Shown here: positions 1 through 6,628 of the stretch, piece by piece
Numbering within the stretch: position 1 is the stretch's first letter
Layout: every line of letters starts with the position of its first letter
Source of the DNA: an uncultured Candidatus Saccharibacteria bacterium
GTDB lineage: Bacteria > Patescibacteriota > Saccharimonadia > Saccharimonadales > Saccharimonadaceae
Direction of reading: 5' to 3'
NCBI GenBank assembly: GCA_964586855.1
Contig: CAZPHO010000001.1
Location: forward strand, 66,076 to 90,075
Length of the DNA stretch: 24,000 nt
Translations under genes and position numbers: made by a program
Notes under the pieces: generated by a model
The model's input: only the letters and a program-made list of their open reading frames with translations
Told to the model about the DNA's origin: nothing
Database searches by the model: none

Positions 1-290
1 TGTTCACCCGGCATGGAGATCATCACAATACCACCTTCTTCGCCATCCATTGCTTGATCGCACAATTCTTCGGTTTCAGCTCGGACCACAATTATCATGT
101 CGCTAGTCGTAGTAGCCTCAATCCCAGGCGTCATCATGTCGGCGTTTTTGATTAATTCTTTGTTCATGTCGGTCGCCATGCCAATCATCGCTCGGTCGAC
201 AATTTCTAACTCGTTGACCTTGGTCGATAACGCCATTAGTGACATCGAATCGGTGTAGGAATTATGTTTAATGAGCGCTTTTGTGATCAC
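1..290 (-). CDS. FdrA-like acyl-CoA synthetase family protein, N-terminal part (gene runs off the left edge)
   Basis: This is my own minus-strand translation; the ORF is not in the ORF track. GGAGG lies at 299-295, followed by a 4-nt spacer and GTG at 290-288. It reads VITKALIKHNSYTDSMSLMALSTKVNELEIVDRAMIGMATDMNKELIKNADMMTPGIEATTTSDMIIVVRAE...IVMISMPGE and stays open to position 1. From memory this matches the E. coli FdrA N-terminus (IHAFIKKGCFQDSVSLM..VMMGTPANK..ICVAIRSE..LISVAGE). Confidence 0.6.
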   Translation of the reverse strand, partial: MITKALIKHNSYTDSMSLMALSTKVNELEIVDRAMIGMATDMNKELIKNADMMTPGIEATTTSDMIIVVRAETEELCDQAMDGEEGGIVMISMPGE

Positions 291-426
291 TTTACCTCCG
301 ATCTTTTTAACTTACGATTATACTATGACATGGTTATGGTTTTCGTGCATCTAGCTGTTTGCTAAAAAATAGATATTTTAATGACAAAAATACAACACCT
401 GGCAAATTAGAGAAATTTCGATCTGA

Positions 427-454
427 TTGACAGATATTTTTAGCGGTATACAAT
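427..454 (+). promoter_or_regulatory. Sigma70-type promoter for cassette unit 1
   Basis: TTGACA (427-432), 16-nt spacer, TACAAT (449-454). The AGAAAGGA Shine-Dalgarno and ATG at 478 follow. Equivalent TTGAGA/TTGACA ... TAAAAT elements sit at the unit 1/2 and 2/3 junctions (1241-1268, 2134-2160), but with a short ~15-nt spacer. Confidence 0.5.
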
Positions 455-477
455 AAGCTTTAAGAGAAAGGATTTTT

Positions 478-942
478 ATGACGGAAAGCAAGAAGAAATC
501 GGAAGCAAAACGAACAAAGCTCATAAAGGCTATAGGGTTAATATCTTTGAGCGCAATTCTTTTAGGGGCTCTAGCTTTTAGCACGGTGAGGTATAAAGAG
601 CATCAAGCAGAGCAGCAAACTTTAAATGATCTATATGACCCGATGATTGCTGAAGATGTAGCGGATTTGAATCTAGAAAGTCGCTACATAACACCGCGAG
701 GAGAGTTTATGGACAAGCTAATTTACCCCAGCGTTACTAGTTATTATTTAAAGCCTGGCGGTAGAACTGATAAACAGTTGTCACGCAATCTAGAATCTCT
801 GGCTAAGGAATTAGGATGGGAGATAAAAGGACATAATGATGAGTACGAATTAAATTTTTGGGCTGAAAAAGGCGATAATAATTTAGGGGTAACTCTGCAC
901 GCTGACTCAATAGCAATTTCAATTAGAAGCCATAAATGGTGA
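478..942 (+). CDS. Small N-terminally membrane-anchored protein, cassette paralog 1 (unknown family)
   Basis: The ORF has an SD. It has a Lys-rich N-terminus, one TM helix (AIGLISLSAILLGALAFS), the motif LNDLYDPMIAEDVADL shared with the paralogs at 1290 and 2183, and a C-terminal ~90-aa domain ending IAISI. Confidence 0.7.
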   Translation: MTESKKKSEAKRTKLIKAIGLISLSAILLGALAFSTVRYKEHQAEQQTLNDLYDPMIAEDVADLNLESRYITPRGEFMDKLIYPSVTSYYLKPGGRTDKQLSRNLESLAKELGWEIKGHNDEYELNFWAEKGDNNLGVTLHADSIAISIRSHKW

Positions 943-946
943 ACAA

Positions 947-1249
947 ATGAAAAGCAAGCGATTGATATTGTGCTTATTGGTGGTGCTGGCTTCGCACCTC
1001 ATTTTTACAATGGAAGCCAAGGCCCAGGTTTATATCCTTGACAAAAAGCTGAATGTAGCTTTACTTGGTGATTATTTCTCAGCTGGAAATGGTGCAAAAG
1101 ACTATGCAGACATAGATGGATGCTATCGCAGTCCTAATAACTGGGCAAGTAATTTTGTTAAATACCTACGACAACAAGGAGTAGCAGTAAATTATAACAA
1201 TGAAGCCTGTTCAGGCGCAGCTACAAAAAATTGTTTCATCTTGAGATAA
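947..1249 (+). pseudogene. Truncated SGNH/GDSL lipase 5' module (signal peptide + blocks I-II only); nucleophile Ser replaced (GDY)
   Basis: This 100-aa ORF has a signal peptide ending AKA|QV. Block I reads LLGDYFSAGNG (GDS in the other copies) and block II reads ACSGAATKN. The frame then leaves lipase sequence at the duplication junction and stops 6 codons later. Confidence 0.6.
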
Positions 1250-1289
1250 AAAAACAGGGTTTAAAATAAGCTTAAAGAGAAAGGATCTC

Positions 1290-1784
1290 ATGAGCAAGAG
1301 CAAGCAAGAAAACTCAGAAAAGAAAAAAGACACCACCAAAGCAAAAACTACTAAAGCGCCAAAAACAGCCCTGAAGAGAGTTGTGAAAGTGCTGCTAGTA
1401 ATGCTTTTTATTTTTACACTTGTTCAGTTGAGCAAGCACATGGAGGACAATCGAATCCTTAGAGACCTTGATGATCCGATGATAGGAAAAGAAGTCGCGG
1501 GACTCAGGCGCAGCAAAATACTAGCTGTTCCACCATCTTGCTTCGGATCAAGCAAGCCAACTATGGGGCGAGTGAGTGCAGAATACAAAGTCGCTGCTAT
1601 CTCAGAAGCGCAACTGCTAGAAAGCTTAAAAACACAATCAGAGAAGGGTGGCTGGCAAGATGTTCGCTACAGCAAAGAAAACAAGTCAATGTTATTTGCA
1701 GAAAAAAATGAAAAGGGCTTAGTTATCGAAGTTAGCTCGGATCTGGTAAAAATTTCAATAGATAAGCTTTATCGCTGTCCTTAG
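1290..1784 (+). CDS. Small N-terminally membrane-anchored protein, cassette paralog 2
   Basis: The SD is AGAAAGGA. It has a Lys-rich tail, the TM helix VLLVMLFIFTLVQL and the motif LRDLDDPMIGKEVAGL. By my ungapped hand alignment, 63/72 N-terminal residues match paralog 3 but only 46/92 in the C-terminal domain. Two Cys are conserved with paralog 3 (PPSCF, LYRCP). Confidence 0.75.
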   Translation: MSKSKQENSEKKKDTTKAKTTKAPKTALKRVVKVLLVMLFIFTLVQLSKHMEDNRILRDLDDPMIGKEVAGLRRSKILAVPPSCFGSSKPTMGRVSAEYKVAAISEAQLLESLKTQSEKGGWQDVRYSKENKSMLFAEKNEKGLVIEVSSDLVKISIDKLYRCP

Positions 1785-1791
1785 GTTTGAT

Positions 1792-2142
1792 ATGACCATT
1801 TTAATACTAACGAGGATTTTAGAAGTCTTGAAGCAAAAAGGAGTAAAAATATACCTGAGCGTCTTTTTTCTGTCCTTTCTGGTGTCTCCGTGCATTCTTA
1901 GCGATCAGGCTGGCGCGCAAGTGCTTCTGGCTGGCAAAAAAATAAATATAGTACTGCTTGGCGATTCATTTTCTGCAGGTAATGGAGCTGGGAGTTATAC
2001 TGGGATTGATGGGTGCTATCGCAGTCAGAAGAACTGGGCGAGTGGCTTAGTTCGACGCCTAAAAGAAGAAGGAGTGTCGGTAAGTTATCAGAATCGAGCT
2101 TGTTCAGGGGCAACTACAAAAAATTGTTTCATCTTGACATAA
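1792..2142 (+). pseudogene. Truncated SGNH/GDSL lipase 5' module (signal peptide + blocks I-II only)
   Basis: This 116-aa ORF has a signal peptide ending AGA|QV, LLGDSFSAGNG and ACSGATTKN. It then reaches the same junction sequence and a stop. In the mature part, 57/67 residues are identical to the full-length copy. Confidence 0.6.
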
Positions 2143-2182
2143 AGAAACAGGGTATAAAATAAGCTTAAGGAGAAAGGACTTT

Positions 2183-2689
2183 ATGAAAAAGAGCAAGCAA
2201 GAAAACTCAGAAAAGAAAAAAGACGCCACCAAAGCAAAAACTACTAAAGCGCCAAAAACAGCCCTGAAGAGAGTTGCTAAAGTGCTGCTAGTAATACTTT
2301 TTATTTTTACGCTTGTTCAGCTGAGTAAGCGCATGGAGGACAGTAAGATTTTGAGTGATCTTGATGACCCAATGATTGGTGAGGAAGTTGCGGGCTTGTA
2401 TCGTGTTAAGCGATCAGCCTCTCCTCCTTCTTGCTTCATGGCTAACAAACCAGGTTCTGGTTTTGTGGAAGCTACATATAGAAAAGGCGACGTTTCAGAA
2501 AAACAAGCACTAGAAAATATAAAAGTTTCAGCTGAGTATTTTGGCTGGCAGAATGTTCATAGTGATAAAACAGGCGAATTAATATTGCTCGCAGAAAAGA
2601 ATGAGATGAGTATGATTGCTGAGGTTGAGTCGGACCTTGTTAAAATTTTGATTTATAAGTTATATAACTGCCCACTTGACTTGCCGTGA
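2183..2689 (+). CDS. Small N-terminally membrane-anchored protein, cassette paralog 3 (translationally coupled to the full-length lipase gene)
   Basis: The SD is GGAGAAAGGA and the architecture matches paralog 2. Its TGA stop (2687-2689) overlaps the GTG start (2686) of the downstream gene as GTGA. Confidence 0.75.
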   Translation: MKKSKQENSEKKKDATKAKTTKAPKTALKRVAKVLLVILFIFTLVQLSKRMEDSKILSDLDDPMIGEEVAGLYRVKRSASPPSCFMANKPGSGFVEATYRKGDVSEKQALENIKVSAEYFGWQNVHSDKTGELILLAEKNEMSMIAEVESDLVKILIYKLYNCPLDLP

Positions 2690-5157
2690 TTACTATTCTA
2701 GTACGAGTGAGATCTTTACAAACTTTGAGGCATATAGAAGCAGGTGCGTGTCTTTTTGTTATTCTGCCTATACTGTTGTCCTGTTTTGTATTTTATGACC
2801 AAGCTAGCGCGCAAGTGCTTCTACCTGGCAAAAGAATGAATGTCGTGTTGCTTGGCGACTCATTCTCTGCAGGTAATGGGGCTGGTAATTATACTGGAAT
2901 CGATGGATGTTATCGCAGTCAGAACAATTGGGCTAATAGTTTTGTTCAGCGCCTAAAAGAAGAAGGAGTGTCGGTAAGTTATCAGAATCGAGCTTGTTCA
3001 GGTGCAACTACACAAAATCTCTATAAGGATACACAGGCTCTGGTTGATCATAAGACCGCCTCTCTTCATGGAAATGTAACTAGTAAAGACGAAGCAAAAA
3101 GACGAATAGCGGCCATGGATCCTTGCAGGTCACAAAATTCAGACGAGCACTCATACTCAAGATACGTAGTTGATAGTTTAAAATATCAAAATAGCCGTTC
3201 TCAGACACTGGTTTCTTATCGATGTGAACGGATGTTGCGTCTGCAGTCAGACTTTATCGGCCCTGAGACTGATTTTATTCTCCTGACGATTGGTGGTAAT
3301 AATTTTGGATTCAGAAGAATTATAGAAGAATGTTTTTTTTGGAGAAATAGCACTATTTGTAAAGAGGTTATTGGTGGAGCTAGAGCGGAGGCGGAAAGAG
3401 AGTATGGTAGAGAGTTAGAAAGACTGCTTGCATTTATTAAGTCCCGTGGGCTGCGTAGTGATGCAAAAATTGTCCTGCTTGGCTATCCTTTACTGTCGTT
3501 GGATAACAATATTAGCATAGGCGTCGGTTTAAATAGAATTAATACGTCGCAAGCCGTTAGAGAGTTAGGGCAGTATAGTAATGAGATAGCCAAGCGGAGT
3601 ATTAGTGAATTTAATAAAAAACACCCTAATCAGGCTTTGTTTGTTGACGCACAGTCTTGGTTTGCTGGTCACGAACCCGACAATCGCTTCCTTACACGAA
3701 ACCCTAAACGCTGGTTGAATGATTTTTTTGAGCCATTGACTAATATGAATGAATGGTATCACCCAAATAAAACTGGTCACCAGCAATACGCTAACTTACT
3801 GAAGCACAATAGTCTGCTAAAAAATTTTACTAATTCCTATCGTCGATCTCCATCGGATATCGACGTCGTCTTCAACATCGACACAACTGGTTCGATGTGG
3901 ACTTCGATTGAGGCTTTCAAGGCGAGTGCGCTTGCAACCGCTACGATGATTAGCAAGAGCAGCGCTAGTGTTCGTTATGCGCTGGTTGATTTTCGTGATT
4001 TTCCAGGTCGTAGCGGCACGCCCTATGATTATCCTGCCAAGCTGCGCCTAGATTTCACGTCAGATATTAACAAGCTGAAGGACGCCGTCAACAACCTGAG
4101 CACTGGCGATGGCGGTGATGGCCCAGAGTCGATGTATTCAGGTCTGATTACTGGCATCAATCTCAACTGGCGGCCGGCCGTGCATAAAATCATTATCACC
4201 TTGAGCGATAATGGGCCGCTTGATCCCGAGCCTGTGACTGGCTATACCAAAAAAGCAGTCATCGAAAAGGCCTTCAAGGTTGATCCAGCTTCACTCTATT
4301 TTATCCATGAATCACCAGTTCGTGATGAATATGTTGATTCGATGGCTGAGGAAAGTGGCGGTAGCGTGATTGTCAATGATAATGAATCGATCTCAATTGT
4401 GTCGGATGCGATAAGGAAAATCATCAACGAGACGCTCGATAGGCCATTCGCTTGGATTAACGGTCCATATCTGGCCAAAATAGGCGAGGCGATTACGATC
4501 GACGGTGGCGGTTCTTACGCCAAAGCTGGACAAATTGTTAAATATGAATGGGATTGGGAAAGCGACGGCATCTACGATAATACGACTACGACTTACAACA
4601 TCACTCGCTCATGGAATAAAGAGCTCGACGGGCTGATGACTCTACGGGTAACCGATTCAAATGGTCTGGTCAATACCGCTAACACCTGGCTGACGGTTTC
4701 GATTGATGGCGACACTGTCAATCAAGAGATCGATAATTGCCCACTAGTTGCCAATCAGTCGCAATCGGACCATGATGTTGATGGTATTGGTAATGAGTGC
4801 GATGAGGACTATATGCCGTATATTTTGGGTGAATTGCAAAAAGCTCAAGCCAAGCAAAATGAAATAGATCGCCAGGCTTTAATCCAGATGTTGCGCGGCC
4901 GGACCAAGGTCAGGTCGCTAAGAGACGTGGCTGAAGTGGCTTTGATATTGGCGGAGGTGTCGATTGTTGAGCAGCTAATCAAGGATAATCAGAGCTTGCC
5001 AGAAGATATGATGGCAGTTATAAATCAGCCAGCAGCAGTCGATTCCACTCCAGCTGAGCGAAAAAACAACTGCAGCCTCTATCTAAAAATAGTTGCTGGT
5101 GTCGGGGCGGCAGTCTTCATTGGTGCTGGCTTCTGGCGCTATCGCAAGCGAATTTAA
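2686..5157 (+). CDS. Multidomain surface protein: signal peptide, SGNH/GDSL lipase, vWA, PKD-like, thrombospondin type-3 repeat, helical stalk, C-terminal TM anchor
   Basis: The 823-aa protein has all four SGNH blocks: GDSFSAGNG (Ser59, nt 2860-2862), ACSGATT, LLTIGGNNFGF and WYHPNKTGH. KIVLLGYP and FAGHE also match, from memory, the Streptomyces rimosus-type secreted lipase family. The vWA domain is ~aa 391-580 (DVVFNIDTTGSM MIDAS-like, GDGGDGPES). The PKD-like fold is ~aa 590-673 (ITIDGGGS..YEWDW..DG...LRVTDSNG). The TSP3 Ca-binding repeat is DNCPLVANQSQSDHDVDGIGNECDED. The C-terminus is LYLKIVAGVGAAVFIGAGFW + RYRKRI. Confidence 0.85.
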   Translation: MITILVRVRSLQTLRHIEAGACLFVILPILLSCFVFYDQASAQVLLPGKRMNVVLLGDSFSAGNGAGNYTGIDGCYRSQNNWANSFVQRLKEEGVSVSYQNRACSGATTQNLYKDTQALVDHKTASLHGNVTSKDEAKRRIAAMDPCRSQNSDEHSYSRYVVDSLKYQNSRSQTLVSYRCERMLRLQSDFIGPETDFILLTIGGNNFGFRRIIEECFFWRNSTICKEVIGGARAEAEREYGRELERLLAFIKSRGLRSDAKIVLLGYPLLSLDNNISIGVGLNRINTSQAVRELGQYSNEIAKRSISEFNKKHPNQALFVDAQSWFAGHEPDNRFLTRNPKRWLNDFFEPLTNMNEWYHPNKTGHQQYANLLKHNSLLKNFTNSYRRSPSDIDVVFNIDTTGSMWTSIEAFKASALATATMISKSSASVRYALVDFRDFPGRSGTPYDYPAKLRLDFTSDINKLKDAVNNLSTGDGGDGPESMYSGLITGINLNWRPAVHKIIITLSDNGPLDPEPVTGYTKKAVIEKAFKVDPASLYFIHESPVRDEYVDSMAEESGGSVIVNDNESISIVSDAIRKIINETLDRPFAWINGPYLAKIGEAITIDGGGSYAKAGQIVKYEWDWESDGIYDNTTTTYNITRSWNKELDGLMTLRVTDSNGLVNTANTWLTVSIDGDTVNQEIDNCPLVANQSQSDHDVDGIGNECDEDYMPYILGELQKAQAKQNEIDRQALIQMLRGRTKVRSLRDVAEVALILAEVSIVEQLIKDNQSLPEDMMAVINQPAAVDSTPAERKNNCSLYLKIVAGVGAAVFIGAGFWRYRKRI

Positions 5158-5200
5158 CAACATCTTTTGCACAACGTTTGGGTTGATTTGGCTTATGGTT

Positions 5201-5209
5201 TGTTAAAAT
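5201..5209 (+). promoter_or_regulatory. Extended -10 element upstream of tdk
   Basis: TGtTAAAAT lies at 5201-5209, 33 nt upstream of the tdk ATG. AGGAGG at 5230-5235 is the SD. I found no convincing -35. Confidence 0.4.
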
Positions 5210-5242
5210 ATGAAGTAGCAAATCCAAACAGGAGGTGAAAAA

Positions 5243-5833
5243 ATGGCTAAGCTGTACTTTAAATATGGAGCGATGGGTAGTTCAAAAACGGCACAAGCTT
5301 TGATTGCCAAATTTAATTACGAAGAGGGTGGCAATAAAGTTTGGTTGATTAAGCCGAGTGTTGATGTTCGTGATGGCAGCAATAAGCTACGTTCGCGAGT
5401 TGGCCTAGAGGCGGACGTTCAGGCAGTGCCACCGACCGCTGACTTGTTAAAAATATTTCAAAAAAATAAGCCAAAGCCTGACGTAGTGATTGTCGACGAA
5501 GCTCAGTTTTTGACTGAACAACAAGTCGAGCAGCTAAGACAAATCGTCGATTGCGAACGGACGTCGGTGATGTGCTACGGTCTGAAAACTGATTTTCAGA
5601 ATAAGCTTTTTCCAGGCAGCAAGCGACTGTTTGAATTGAGTGAATCAATCAGCGAAATCAAAAGCGTCTGCGCTTGCGGCACCAAGGCTTCGGTCAACGC
5701 TCGCCTTGACGGAAAAGGTAATGTTTTGACTGAAGGCGAGCAGGTGGTGATTGGCGGCAACGAAGCCTACCAAGCGATGTGTTATCAGTGCTATGATGCT
5801 GCTGTTCGTCGTCTCCACATCAAGGGCCGCTGA
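5243..5833 (+). CDS. tdk: Thymidine kinase
   Basis: The P-loop is GAMGSSKT. VDEAQFL, CYGLKTDF and the zinc-ribbon cysteines (CACG ... CYQCY) are present. At 196 aa the length is typical. Confidence 0.95.
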   Translation: MAKLYFKYGAMGSSKTAQALIAKFNYEEGGNKVWLIKPSVDVRDGSNKLRSRVGLEADVQAVPPTADLLKIFQKNKPKPDVVIVDEAQFLTEQQVEQLRQIVDCERTSVMCYGLKTDFQNKLFPGSKRLFELSESISEIKSVCACGTKASVNARLDGKGNVLTEGEQVVIGGNEAYQAMCYQCYDAAVRRLHIKGR

Positions 5834-5845
5834 AGCGGCTCTTTT
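5823..5845 (+). terminator. Rho-independent terminator of tdk (hairpin spans the stop codon)
   Basis: AGGGCCGC-tgaa-GCGGCTCT forms an 8-bp stem with one G-U pair, followed by TTTT (5842-5845). Confidence 0.55.
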
Positions 5846-5870
5846 AGCACTTGATTGCTTCGACTGCTAA
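5844..5870 (+). promoter_or_regulatory. CIRCE operator (HrcA binding site)
   Basis: TTAGCACTT-N9-GACTGCTAA compared with the consensus TTAGCACTC-N9-GAGTGCTAA. It matches 8/9 in each arm and overlaps the hrcA promoter. Confidence 0.85.
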
Positions 5871-5883
5871 AAAATGCTATAAT
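5855..5883 (+). promoter_or_regulatory. hrcA-grpE promoter
   Basis: TTGCTT (5855-5860), 17-nt spacer, TGcTATAAT (5875-5883). The -10 ends 6 nt before the ATG at 5890. Confidence 0.6.
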
Positions 5884-5889
5884 CGGAGC

Positions 5890-6621
5890 ATGAAATTAAG
5901 TGATCGTCAGCTTGAAATTTTGGTAGCTATTGTTGAGCAATATTCAGAGGTGGCAGCTCCTGTTGGCAGTGTGATGCTGGCTAAATTATTTAATGTTTCA
6001 AGCGCGACTATTAGACTAGATATGGCTAAATTAGAAAACCTTGGCTTAGTTGAACAACCGCACACTTCGGCTGGTCGGATTCCGACTGATAGAGGCTATC
6101 GAGCTTATGTTAATTATCTTAATCAAAAGCGCCAATCAGAAATCCATCCAGTGGTCGTCCAGCATCGAGCCAATCGAGCTCTTGAGCGTAAACTGAGTGC
6201 AACTTCTGGTAAAACTAGTGCTATGATCCGAGTGGCAGTGCGGATGCTCTCAGAGTTGACTGATAATTTGGGCTTTGCGACGATTGGTGATCAAATTTAC
6301 ACTTGTGGTTTGACTAATTTGCTCGATCGGCCCGAACTTGATGATCGTCAAAGCGTGTTGGCTTTATCTAATCTAATTGACAATCTCGAGCCCTGGCTGT
6401 TAGAAGCCAAGCCGGTTGAGCGGGTGAGTGTATTCATTGGCTCGGAAAATCCAATCGGCAAGGCTTCTGGTGCGACATTGGTTATCAGCCGCTTTCGCTC
6501 GCCCTATAGCGATAAAAGCTACATTGGCGTGTTGGGGCCAACTCGTCAGAGTTACGCTCAGGTGATGCAATTGGTTGAACAGACGGGCATGACTTTAGAA
6601 GAAGTGTTGAGCGAGGCTTGA
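5890..6621 (+). CDS. hrcA: Heat-inducible transcription repressor HrcA
   Basis: MKLSDRQLEILVAIVEQY...PVGS...SSATIRLDMAKLENLGLVEQPHTSAGRIPTDRGYR is the canonical HrcA winged-helix N-terminus. I prefer ATG 5890 to the ORF-track TTG 5851, which lies inside CIRCE and the promoter. Confidence 0.9.
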   Translation: MKLSDRQLEILVAIVEQYSEVAAPVGSVMLAKLFNVSSATIRLDMAKLENLGLVEQPHTSAGRIPTDRGYRAYVNYLNQKRQSEIHPVVVQHRANRALERKLSATSGKTSAMIRVAVRMLSELTDNLGFATIGDQIYTCGLTNLLDRPELDDRQSVLALSNLIDNLEPWLLEAKPVERVSVFIGSENPIGKASGATLVISRFRSPYSDKSYIGVLGPTRQSYAQVMQLVEQTGMTLEEVLSEA

Positions 6622-6628
6622 GTGGCAA

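Larger units (their letters stand above)
413..3018. repeat. Head-to-tail tandem triplication. Unit 1 is ~413-1229, unit 2 ~1230-2122, unit 3 ~2123-3018. Each unit is promoter-like element + small anchored protein gene + 5' module of the SGNH lipase gene.
   Basis: Small-gene starts at 478/1290/2183 and lipase-module starts at 947/1792/2686. The shared pre-start motif AAGCTT(T)AARGAGAAAGGA occurs at 455-472, 1269-1285 and 2161-2177. The junction sequence ACAAAAAATTGTTTCATCTTGA(G/C)ATAA (1223-1249, 2116-2142) joins lipase codon ~110 to sequence resembling 412-432 (GAAATTTCGATCTGATTGACA). Units 2 and 3 share long near-identical tracts; unit 1 is much more diverged. Confidence 0.85.

Noticed and set aside
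478-2689. A diversity-generating retroelement (DGR) as the source of ectodomain variation between cassette paralogs.
   Set aside because: There is no reverse transcriptase in or near the locus. The substitutions between units 2 and 3 are not restricted to adenine positions, and there is no template/variable repeat pair of the DGR type.
5851-5889. TTG 5851 as the hrcA start (ORF track).
   Set aside because: The extension (MIASTAKKCYNRS) overlaps the CIRCE operator and the -35/-10 elements. HrcA homologs start at the M-x-L-(S/T)-x-R-Q position, which is ATG 5890.
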